From Mytilus trossulus (lineage: Eukaryota): a stretch of DNA of 64,000 bases. Below, one piece after another: positions 14,249 to 26,120 of the stretch. Below the pieces are notes generated by a model. It was not told where the DNA came from. It ran no database searches and was given only the letters and a program-made list of their open reading frames with translations. The stretch covers positions 17,236,001 through 17,300,000 of the forward strand of contig NC_086376.1 in the NCBI RefSeq assembly GCF_036588685.1. Reading direction: 5' to 3'. The position numbers and the translations under genes are program-made. Every line of letters begins with the position of its first letter. Position 1 is the first letter of the stretch.

Positions 14249-16250
14249 TTATCATATACTTTGACTAAATAACATATAGTTTTTACCGTATGATAATAGC
14301 ATTAAATTAAAGTATTTTCCATATTTTTCGAATTGGTGCTTAGCGGGCTGATATGAAAATTTTATCACATGCTTTGATTGTTATCACATGCTTTGATTGT
14401 TATCACATGCCTTTCCGTGACGTTATCACATGGCGTTCCGGTGATACTCGGCAAATTCCGGAAAATACACCTCAATGCTATGTTTTCAGTGAAAAACATT
14501 ACAAAGTAGTGTACAAAACAATTATTTGAATACTGGAATGTATATTGTGAAAAATAATTAAATCAAATTAAAAAAAAATTTAAATTAAATAAATGCATTT
14601 TTTATAGTTTTTCTGAAACATGATTTAGAAAGTTACTTTAAAAAAGTTGACTTTTCCATACAATGTTCACTATGTATATTGTTGAATTATTTTGTGGTCG
14701 ATTCGTCCATATAAAAATATGTTTTTTTTCTCTGTTGAGGAATATGATAGAAAGATTTCATATTGAATGTATCAAATTTTGGGTCCGACGTCCGTGAACT
14801 TTTTACTCTTTAAACTTCTTTTCGGGAACCTCGTAAAAGGATCAATATATGAATCTGTTATTGTTCCCTTCTGTTTAAGCATATGATAAAAAGATCATAA
14901 CATGTCATTTTTCATATCACATATTATCAGCCCTCGGTCAATATCAGCCCTCGAGCCATGCGGCTCTTGGGCTGATATTGAACCGAGGGCTGATAATATA
15001 TGCGATATGAAAAATGACATGTAATAATCTGATATTATCATATACTTATACTAAATAACATATGAATTTTACTGTATGATAATAGCATTAAATTAGCCTA
15101 AATTCCATATTTTTCGAAAGGGTGCTTAGTGAGCCAATATGAAAATGTTATCACATGCCTTTCCGTAACGTTATCGCATGGCATTCCTGTGATACTCGGC
15201 AAATTCCGGAAAATACACCTCAATGCTAAGTTTTATATGAAAACATTACAAAGTAGTGTACAAAAACAATAATTTGGATAAAGGAAAGTATATTGTGTAA
15301 AATAATAAAAAAAAAAACACTAAAAAAATTACAAACAAATTATCAAATGAATGCATTTTTAAAAGTTTCAAAAATAATTTAGAAAGCTACTTAAAAAAGT
15401 TGACTTTTTCAAACAGTGTTCTTTTGTATATTTTTGATACTGATGAGTCTTTTGTAGAATAAGCGCGCGTCTGGCGTACTACATTATAATCCTGGTACAT
15501 TTGGTATCTATTTACACCACTGGGTCGATGCCACTGCTGGTGGACGTTTCCTCCCCGAGGGTATCACCAGCCCAGTAGTCAACACTTTGGTGTTGATATG
15601 ACTATCAATAATGTGGTCATTTTAATAAATTTCCTCTAACAAAAATTAGAATTTTTCGAAAAAATAAGGATTTTCTTTTCCCAGGCATAGATTATCTAAG
15701 CCGTATTTGGAACAACATCTTGGAATTTCGGATCCTCAATGATCTTCAACTGTGTACTTATTTGGCTTTATAAATATTTTGATATGAACGTCCCTTATGA
15801 AACTTTTGTAGACGAAACGCGCGTCTGGCGTACTTAATTAAAATCCTGGTACTTTTGATAAATATTTGTCGATGTGTCCATGTTAAAATATGTTTCTTCT
15901 CTGTTGAGGCATATGATAAAAATATTTTATATCGAATGTTCTAATTTTGGGGTCCGACATCCATGAAGTTTTCACTCTTTTGAAATTCTATTTGGGAACC
16001 GCGTAAACGGATTTCCCATATGTAAATTTTCTCCATTGTTGAAGCCTATGATAAAAAGATCATAAGATGGCATTTTTCATATCGCATGTATTATCAGCCC
16101 TCGGTCAATATGAGCCCTCGAGCAATACAGCTCTTGGGCTGATATTGATCCTAGGGCTAATTCCGAGACCCCCATATCAGCTCGAGACGGAGCCATGATA
16201 CCCAGGCTGATATGGAGAAGGCCATGTATTAATCGCTTTATCATATACTT
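14249..16250. mobile_element. Head-to-tail dimer of a ~780-bp non-autonomous element with a large subterminal hairpin, possibly Crypton-like
   Basis: Units 14249-15034 and 15035-16250 (second interrupted by a retrozyme); TTATCATATACTT at 14249, 15035 and 16238; ~120-bp hairpin at 14900-15022. Superfamily is inferred. Confidence 0.6.
15439..15864 (+). mobile_element. Non-LTR retrozyme, ~1.2 monomers (monomer 354 nt), two degenerate hammerheads
   Basis: GCGCGTCTGGCGTACT..ATCCTGGTAC occurs twice (CTGGCG at 15471 and 15825); absent from the sister unit of the host dimer. Confidence 0.85.
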
Positions 16251-17174
16251 ATGATAGTTTTATGTAAGGCAAATAAACAAGTAATAACTAAAACAAGTCA
16301 AAAACTTTATAAAGAAGTTAAATTATGAATCAAATATACTAAAATTGTCCAACAACTGCATTACTACCTCCGTATATTTAGGTATGGTAACATTTCCTAT
16401 AGAGGCATTTTGAAACATTGAAAATTTTGGAGAGTTTTATGACCATTATTACTCCCTGTGTGTTGTACTATAAAATGATTAATTGCCAATGGCATTTGTT
16501 ACCAAGTACTAAACTATCCCCACAAAAGTTCCCGTTAATTTTGACGTCGTCATCAAAATATTTGACGTCACAATGGAAAAGTAAACAACTGATACCGGAA
16601 ATACCGGAAGTAACTTGCACGAGAGGCACTATTATGGGTTTTGTGCACGAGATGCCCCGCATATTACATATTTCATATATGAACAAGGTGATTATATATA
16701 GCGGGATCCCAGTCTACTGATATGGGTTATAAGCCCGGTGGGAAATTATGGCTTGTGTACTTCCGCTCATTACACATATACAAAAGCTATTATATCAATG
16801 CTAAGTATATAATAAAAAACGCTGAATACGGGTATTTAAATCCAATAACAAAGCGGTCAGTTTGATAAAAGACATTAACCCTCTTGCTGCCGACCGTTTT
16901 TCAAGGTTGCATTTCATATGCCGGCAAATACGACAGCTCGACGTCTGTGACGTAACATGCCAAACAACGACGTCATTCGATATATGACGTCACGACATAA
17001 TGACCGTTACTTTTGGCACAAATTGGAGAAAAACATATCACTGTTTAATCTTCCGTTTTTTAATTGAAAGAAATATAACATTGATGAGAAGCTTACATAA
17101 ATTAAACCATGGACATATGTGTCTCTCCGGCTCATCTAGTAGTAAATATCTAGTAAACAAACTGCATTTACCCT

Positions 17175-17337
17175 TATACTGCCAACTGGCCGATCTGGAC
17201 CAATTGACGTTACCTTTAACTGCCAATGGGCCGATCGGGCCGATCGGGCCGATTGACGTTGTCTTTAACTGCCAAAGGGCCGATTGGGCCGATTAAGTTG
17301 TTCTTAAACTGCCAATGGGCCGATATGGCCGATGGGT
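17175..17337. repeat. GC-rich minisatellite, 4 units of 40-49 bp with an internal GGGCCGAT subrepeat
   Basis: AACTGCCAA.GGGCCGAT.GGGCCGAT repeated. Confidence 0.8.
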
Positions 17338-18259
17338 AAGGTTAATAAATACATATTGATTTTAAGCTAGAAAAGCGTAATATAATGATGTTCTGTCAAT
17401 GCCATTTCATTCTCGTTTCATTTTTTCATGACGTCATTTAGCCATTTGTATGACGTAACAATGATGTCATATATATTTCGCTGTCATACCTTAATTTTGT
17501 TGTACGTTAATCAATCCGTTGTTTTTTTGTTGTTGTTGTTGTTTTAACTGTTTTACATTTTGTCATTTCGGATTCTTACTATACGATATGGGTTTTGCTC
17601 ATCATTGTTGAAGGCCGTACGGTGGTTTACGATTTCATATTTCACGTCAATTGGTCTCGAAGAAGATATTTGGTAATTGCTACATTAGTAATCATACCAT
17701 ATCATACCTGGCCAATTGAAATATCCTAAAAATGTTAAATATTGGTAACAACATACTGAATTGATATAAAACATTTCCATATATTCGTTTTACCGCTTTC
17801 TGTAATGAACGCAATATAACCGATTAAAAATGAGACAACGATCAAATAGTAAATAAATGATATACTAATGGGGATGGCTAGAAGACAACATTGCGTTTAA
17901 GTAGCTGCAGTTGGAATCTCAGATGCCCCGGAAGAGTAAGCAGATCCTGCTCCACATGTGGCACCCGTCTTGTTGCTTATGTTATTACAAATCCAGATAA
18001 AAATTATAATTCGGTAGGTCACAGTCGTGAAAAGGAAATGGTATTGTTGTTACGACATAACAGTCGGAAACCAGGTTGTAATAGAACAAAAGAAACGAAG
18101 CTCTTTGTTAGAGAAGGCGATAATTGTTTAATGTATTGTTAACTATAGTGACAAAAGTTAATATAAACAAGCAAAATTACAATCTTCTTCTTAATTACGA
18201 GGTATTTTATGTTAAAACACCATTTGCATAAGTTTTCAATTTATCTAGTACATAGTTAA

Positions 18260-18997
18260 GGTTTATGTACCCTTCTGTACATATTTTTGTACGAATTTTT
18301 CAAACCTCAATTGTATCAAAACTACAGATATAATGAATAATAGAGATAGGCCATTTAGTACATATTCCAAGGGGAAACTTAATGCAAAGCATTATTTTTT
18401 TTTATTTCATTGCATTTGACAGAAAAAGAGGACTTTGTGGCAAATAAATCGAGATTTTTATAGAAAATCCATAGCCTTTGATACAGAGATTTTTGTTATA
18501 AAATTTGAAACATACATTACTCACTTGATTTTCTATGATGTGCTAGTGTCTATTTTTACAAAAAGTTCTAAGCAACCTGTAAAATCCAAAACACCTCGTG
18601 CTGAGTCACTAAAGTCGAGCGCACCCTAAAAGGTTTACTTGATTTTTGCCATATTTATATTTGTTATAACCAATAACTACATTTATAAAATTGTTTTAAG
18701 GAAATGAATGCTAGCACTGCATGCAATAATCCTATATCTATCAGTCATCAAATTGCCAACTATGAGCGTACAAGGATAAAGGCTGTGGATTTTCTATAAA
18801 AATCTTGATTTATTTGCCACAAAGTACTCTTTTTCTATTAAATGCAATGGAACAGTAAAACATAATGCTTTGCATCAATTTTCCCCGTGGAATATGTACA
18901 AAATGGCCTATCTCTATTATTCATTATATCTGTAGTTTTGATACAATTGAAGTTTGAAAAGTTCGTACAAAAATGGCTACAGAAGGGTACATAAACC
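18260..18997. mobile_element. MITE with ~220-bp terminal inverted repeats and TTAA TSD, Kolobok-type termini
   Basis: ttaa|GGTTTATGTACCCTTCTGTA ... TACAGAAGGGTACATAAACC|ttaa; arms ~18260-18479 and ~18778-18997. TTAA with RR..YY ends fits Kolobok rather than piggyBac (CC..GG). Confidence 0.85.
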
Positions 18998-20804
18998 TTA
19001 AGCAGAACAATTAAATATCAAGTCCACGACATGGGTATCTTTCAAGTTGGATGAAGAAAATGCATAACCTCTGTTTTAAAAAAAAAATGACCACGGACGG
19101 AAAACATATCAATCTATGAGTTCAGTTATTTTCGTGTCTGCCCTTCCATTATATGACTAAAACAAAATCCTCAAAATGGGTAACAAGTGTATCGAAAAGA
19201 TAAAATCGAGTGCACCTTATTATGTTAGGGCGTGCTTGAGTTGAATATTTTGTCTTAAATATCGTACAAAGTAAGAATATTTCATACATCGTCTCGCTTC
19301 AGATTCTATCATTTTATATATTAAAGCTACAGGTTGATTTTATAACACAAAAAATCACAGTACTAAAAGATGAAATATATGGGTCAAGTGAAATACCTGT
19401 CTAATGAGTCAAAAAAAGAGAGAAGGTGTGTTCGAATAGCTTTTTTTTTACTGAAAGTATTTGACGACAGTCTTTCAAGTTGGATGATGAAAATGCATAT
19501 CTTCGAAAAATTATTTATTTTCTGTGTATGATAACTAAGGTTTATAGTCTTCATACACTAAAAAATCTAGTCTGCCTTCCATGAAATATTTAATTAGATT
19601 TTTTTTCAATATTTATGAATTTTCGAAAATTCCACCTGACAACCGATTAGACAATAGTTTCAGGTTGAATCAATGCAGACAAGATCATTAACTGATGCTC
19701 ATTAACTAGTTGATACATTTGTCTTTTTAAATACAACTGACATATAAGGATCGTAATGGTGCAATGTGGATAGATTTATCGGTTTCCAAGAGCAAAATTC
19801 GAAGGGCGTGTCATCCCTACAATGGCTTCCATTTCTACGATTGTGAAAATGAACTGGCGTAATGGGGAGATAGTTTTGAGGAAGTAGAATCCTGACTGGT
19901 ATTGAATATATCTGATATCATCTATTAATTACCTGCAAGTTGATATATCTTACAAATATTGCATATTGGCCACACCATATAAATCAATTAAGAAACATTT
20001 TGATATAATCGTCCCATCGCTTCCTTAAAAAACACCCAAAAAGAATCATTAAAGATGAGACCACGACAACTTTATATTCAGATGAGTACGCAATAAAACA
20101 AAAAGGACGGTGAGTAGGCAACAATGTATACTTAGTATTCGATTTTTAATTTTAGTTTCTTGTGTATTCTAATCGGATTATTGTATGACGTCCAATATCA
20201 CTGAATTTGTATACATACTTTTTTAGGGGCCAGCTGAAGGACGCCTCCGGGTGCCGGAATTTCTCGCAACATTGAAGACTACTTGGTGGCTTTCGGCTGT
20301 TGTCTGCTCTATGTTCTGGTTGTTGTCGCTTTGATACATTCCCCATTTCCTTTCTCAATTTTAAGTTGCTTGTAATTATAATTTAGCACAAAAGTATTTA
20401 TCAATTATGTGTTTTGAGGTGAAAAAAATAAAATCACAAAAATACTGAACTCCGAGTAGAAAGCTCACACACACTGAAACGAATGGACAACAAATGTCAT
20501 ATTTCTAACTCGGTACAGGCATTTTTATAAACAAAAAATGATGGATCAAACCTCGTTTTAAAGCAACTAAACCTCTCAATTTTAGACAGTAGCATCAAAT
20601 TTCATTATATTGACAACGGTGTGTGAACAAAACAAACAGACAAAATAGGTAAAAATGTCAAAATTAGAGGACTAGTAATAGATTGTTATATCTCACCTAC
20701 TCTACCAGCTTTGATAAGTGTTTGGAATTACTATCATTTTTCAAATCTTCGTACTATGAACATCACAATTATTTCCTTTCTCTTTGTAAACTGTATATAT
20801 GTTA

Positions 20805-20955
20805 GCGGCAATAAGTGAAATTAGGCATTAAGCTTAAATCATAGGCAATAAACTAACGCCTAGACAGTAAGTCTAGTGCCTAAATGATGTTAGGCTTCAG
20901 TCTTAAATTCTAGGATTTAAGATTAAATGTTCAGGCATTAAGCTTAATGCCTCAA
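20805..20955. repeat. Short degenerate ~21-bp repeat array with a perfect 20-bp palindrome
   Basis: AGGCATTAAGCTTAA variants; AGGCATTAAGCTTAATGCCT near 20933-20952. Confidence 0.6.
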
Positions 20956-21129
20956 ATATAAATGGTAGTAAATGCAATGCATTTATTGATACAAATAAAT
21001 ATCTATTTGTTTCATAGTAGCACAATGAAAACTGAAGTTTAAAATGTCATCCATCGGATGACGGGATTGTGTTATGGAGCCTGTGAATGTCTGATTAACG
21101 TGTATCCCATATCTATTTAACTGTGTAAT

Positions 21130-22170
21130 TAGTAATCTCTATTAGTTTATAAGATATCTCTATTAGTTTATAAGATATCTCTATAAGTTAATAAGATTTC
21201 TCTATTAATTAATAAGATATCTTATAAAGTATATAAGATATCTAACTTCTTTATAAAGATATCTTTTAAATACATACTTTATAAGATATCTTATTAATTA
21301 ATAGAGATATCTTATAAACTAATAGAGATATCTTATCAACTTATGGAGATATCTTATATATTAAATAAGATATCTTTATAACCAATTTAATAAGATATAT
21401 CTACAAGTTAATAAGATATCTCTAAAAGTTTATAAGATATCTCTATTAGTTTATAAAATATCTCTATAAGTTGATAAGATATCTCTATATGTTAATAAGA
21501 TATCTCTAAAAATTTATAAGATATCTATATTAGTTTATAACATATCTCTATTAGTTAATAAGATATCTCTATTAATTAATAAGATATCTTATAAAGTATA
21601 TAAGATATCTTACTTCTTTATAAAGATATCTTTTAAATACATACTTTATAAGATAGCTTATTAATTAATAGAGATATCTTATAAACTAATAGAGATATCT
21701 TATTAATTAATAGAGATATCTTATACACTAGTAGAGATATTTTATTAACTTATGGAGATATCTTATTAAGTAAATCAGATATCTCTATAATTAACTATAT
21801 AAAAGATATCTTATAAATTAATAGAGATATCTTATATTTTAAATAAGATATCTTATATATTTAATAAGATATCTTTATAAACATTTTAATAAGATATCTT
21901 TATAAACATTTTAATAAGATATCTTATTTAATAAATAAGATATCTTATTTAATATATAAGATATCTTTTTTAATATATTAGATATCTTATTTAATATATA
22001 AGATATCTTATTTAATATATAAGATATCTTATTTAATATATAAGAAATCTTATTTAATAAATCAGATATCTCAATTAACATATAAGATATCTTATTTTGT
22101 TATTAAGATATCTCAATTAGTTTATTAGATATCTTATTTAACTTAAATAAATATAATAACGGCTTGCCAT
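21130..22170. repeat. ~1-kb satellite of 21-bp units built on the palindrome AGATATCT, with orientation switches
   Basis: TAAGATATCTCTATTAGTTTA-type units, their reverse complements, and TAAGATATCTTATTTAATATA units. Confidence 0.9.
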
Positions 22171-22171
22171 A

Positions 22172-22490
22172 GATATGTTCCTTACGTCGTAACTACAATT
22201 TCCTTCCCTCTCATGAATGTGATCTACAGAATTAGACTATTAACCGGGTTTTTAATAACATGAGCATCACGACGGGTGCCACATGTGGAGCAAGATCTGC
22301 TTTCCATTCCGGAGCATTTGAGCCACCCCCAGTTTTCGGTGGGGTTCTTGTTTCTTAGTCTTTAGTTTTCTATGTTTTGTCATGTGTAGTATTATTTGAC
22401 TGCTTGTCTTTTTCATTTTTAGCCATGACTTTGTCAGTTTATTTTCGATTTTTTTAGTTTGTGCCTTTGGTATCTTTCGCCCCTCTTTTA
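22172..22490 (+). mobile_element. 3' terminal fragment of a probable Penelope-like element; related pieces at ~17910-18060, 24360-24580, 26360-26530, 26772-26925, 27990-28180
   Basis: CACGACGGGTGCCACATGTGGAGCA.GATCTGCTT..GTCTTTTTCATTTTTAGCCATG..GGTATCTTTCGCCCCTCTTTT shared among copies with a common 3' end; begins with a short ORF end DMFLTS*. PLE assignment is from familiarity, not a search. Confidence 0.55.
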
Positions 22491-23425
22491 CACTTATTTA
22501 GTTATGCTGTTTCTTTTTAGGGTTCGGCTATGTATTATTGTTTGTGGTTTGAATTCTGTATGTGTGGTTATTTTACATATGTCATTATTGTTAGTATGGT
22601 CAAGCTAATTTACATTTTCCAGGATAAAGTATCGTGTTAGTCTTATAATTATATCGTGGCCACGAAATAAAATAAACTTTGAAACCTTCATATTTATGAT
22701 TATAAATTAAACTAATATTCATTATTATGAAAATAATTGTGAATTTCTGAATTTCGTTTCATATCAATTTCAAGATTCACGTACATCACAACAAAACGTT
22801 AATGATTGTGATGTCCATTGCTGTCGTTAATGAAAGTCGTTGGTTGGTATTTTGCCGTTTACATGTTGTAATGTACTAATATATTATTTATTCATGCGTG
22901 TTAGTGCTTAGTTTTCATGAGTTTGTGTGTACTATATTCCTGTCATGTAGTATTGATATTTTATCGGTATATTTTTTTAACATTGCTATATATATGCGAG
23001 ATTTTGCTAGCCATAAAACCAAGACTTTTGTAAAATATCATGTACCAAGTCAGGAATATGGCAGTGGTTATCAAATATACCATTTCTATATTTAATAGCG
23101 GTTGTTTTGTTGCACTTCAGTGTTTCTGTTGTTCCGTTGTCTTCCTCTTATAGTTGATGTGTTTTTTTTTCGGTTTTAGTTTGTAACCCGAATTTGTTTT
23201 CTCTACATCGCTCATGAATTTTGAACAGCGGTATATCAACGTTGCTCTTTTTAATTGCATTGTGAGTGCAGCTGGTAACAAGGGCTGTAACGCACGATTT
23301 CGGGAAAGATTGTATGGTCGACGAACGTTTCTTGATGCACTCTATAGTTAAATAAAGCTGTGTTGTTTAATCACTAGGCAAATTAATGAAACATAATAAC
23401 TATTGATAAATCACAGCTATTTTAA

Positions 23426-24960
23426 TCAGTTTACACTTTTAACAGTTACACTATCGACCCTGGTTGCACATACGGCTCTCTGTGCGGTCATTCCAAATCC
23501 AAATCTGGTTGGGCAGTGACATGTCGTGTGGTCATCTATTTTTACAGATTTTCCTGCCTGAATAATTGTGTTTCCTGCATAGCAATTTCTACCTGCAATC
23601 ACAAGAGTTAAGTTTGAGGAAAGACATTGCGTTAACGTCGATGCTACAGCAATCGAAGAAAACATATCATACAAACAGGTTAACAGAGTACCTTTCGCAT
23701 ACATTCAAGAAACGCTACAGCTATAAAATGGAGAGTACGTCGAAGAACGCACTAAGGGATACCAAAAAGTAGCTGTTAGGTTTTTTTTTTGCAAAAAGCA
23801 TGCATACCATGAAAAAGCAGTCTGTAACGTGATTTGAAAAGAATTAAGACAATAACAATCAAAACCAAGGAGTAAACAAAGACTCACAAAACTAAAAAAC
23901 ATTTACATCAGAAATTAATAAAAAGAAGCGTAAATTGTACAGTAAATTGAAGTGAGACCAGTCACCTAATAACTTAACCAGTGGACATCTATATTTTATT
24001 ATCGTCATGCTGCTGATGCATAAATGACAACCCATCATACTCATACAATACGAAATATCTGTCTTTACTCAAATTCAGATTCAAAGTCGTCAAATCAATA
24101 TAAATAGTTTTATAAAATGTACAAATTACTTTACAAGTGTTGTAGACCATTTTCTAAAAACTGTTGTATACTTGACTTCAGCATTTAATTATTTTATTGA
24201 TTAAGATATTAACATGGTTAACATTGAAAGGGCATTAAAGTGTTTGGAAGAATTTCTTGTCTTTTGCATCAAAGGAAAGCTAGAACAAAAAGTTCAAAAC
24301 TTTTATATCTTTTTTAATAAAAAGATTCTCAGACAGTTTAACCAATTTCCCTGTTTTTTTCACGAGCAACACGACGGTTACCACATGTGACACAAGAACT
24401 GTTCATCCTTCAATAACAATGAATTCAACCCGGTGTTTATTGGTGTTTATGTTGACCCCACGCTATGTCGTAGTTTTTAGATTTGTCTTTCTTTTTGGCG
24501 TTTTTTAATTTTTGCCATAGCGTTTTTTTTTATATATATTTGTGAGTTTTGAATGTCGCCATGATATCTCCAGTCACCTTTATAATATTATTTCAAATGT
24601 TTGAATTATTTGTATACAAGCTTAGAGTTATACGGTAGAACGAATGAAAAATAAACAAAATGATGATATGTACTTGATGTCATATGATGTTTGCAACTTA
24701 CCATTTGGACAAACGGAACAACACTTTGTAGGATCACGCACAGCGTCTACGCACGATGGCATAGCACAGTCTGTTATTGCACATAATACTCTGCCTCCAT
24801 TACAAAAGCAATGCTCACACGGGGTTGGTTGGAAAGATTCGCCTTCTTTGTATAATTTACCATCCTTACTGCAACCAGACACTACGGATATAGACGGTAA
24901 AGGATCAACACAATAAACAAGTGGAAGAATAAGAACACTGATTAATATAAAGTTCATCAT
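23426..24960 (-). CDS. Secreted VWC-domain protein, Brorin/VWC2-like, 141 aa, 2 exons
   Basis: Exon 1 24960-24702 MMNFILISVLILPLVYC..CCSVCPN G|GTAAGT. Exon 2 23592-23426 GRNCYAGNTIIQAGKSVKIDDHTTCHCPTRFGFGMTAQRAVCATRVDSVTVKSVN*. Closest to the 11798-13711 gene. Confidence 0.9.
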
Positions 24961-26078
24961 GTTTTCGATAGATTCCGATGTTCGTCTATGTATTCGTGGA
25001 GTACGTATATATGCTTATCAGTTGAACGTGATCCACAGATAATATCGTTATATTATCTATCACAGTTACATCGGATTTAAATAATAATTGTAATCTACAA
25101 ATTCGCTGAAATGGCTTATGTTGAATAAAGAGTCCATCGCGGGATAAAGTGCGATAAGTTTATAAGAAATTAAAAATAATTAAGCTTATTCTACAAAGGG
25201 GGTTTTGGAATACAAAAAAGTGTAAGAACAATACATGGTATTTAGACCTGATAACAATTTATCCACAATTACTGGAATTTACAGCCGTTCCTGGTAAATG
25301 TCACAACAAAAAATGTCGGATACCACAAAAGAAAAAGTCATTGTTGTATGACCACGCTGTCGCTAATGATCGGATCAGGTATCGCAAATTTCCAACGGAG
25401 TTCTGGCCTTACTCATAATAATTACAAGAAAATCTTGAATATTTATCAAATATGAAATTTCAAATTATGAAAATGAGACATACAAATTACAAATAAAAAC
25501 TGATATCATTAACCCAAATGAATAGGACCTCCACTATGAAGGGTCATGTTTCAAACAACAATGTCAATCGATCGTATATATATATATACAGATGAGTACA
25601 CACAGTGTACAGTTACGCCAACCAAGTATAGAGTCTTCACTATAAAGATTCATAATTCGAACAGCACTGTCATATGCGCAATCGTGTATCCAAGATGTAC
25701 ATTTACATTAATCAAGTATTGTCGTCACTGTATAGTTTCATGATCGTAACATCAATGCTAATATTAAACGTCAATCAAGTAGGAAATTCGATTTCTTCAT
25801 TACAAGGTTTTATATTTCAAACTGTTTATACACGAAATATACTTTTATATATGCTATCACTTCTGTGTTCACTAGAAAAAAAACTCTGTTTACCAAAACA
25901 ATTACCATGGTGCAAAAGTGTAAAACATTCAGACAGTTGTCTAAAATTTTATTTCATTGGCACCAATTACCCGTTTTCCATACGTTCAGCATTTTAATCC
26001 TATCTAAGTTTCGTTTTGCCTGATGTCAAATTTGATGAAAAAAGTGTTATCTTTAATATTAGAGTAAGTTAAGTTTGA

Positions 26079-26120
26079 GCGTTTCTGATGAAGGTAAACG
26101 AAGAAAATAGATTTGGACGC
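26079..26120 (+). ncRNA. Degenerate minimal hammerhead-like motif of a second family
   Basis: GCGTTT-CTGATGA-AGGTAAACGAA-GAAA-ATAGATTT-GGACGC; stem I pairs, stems II and III are broken. Confidence 0.35.

Noticed and set aside
21130-22170. Palindromic repeat array resembling a CRISPR array
   Set aside because: No unique spacers, units are contiguous 21-mers, no cas genes, eukaryotic context
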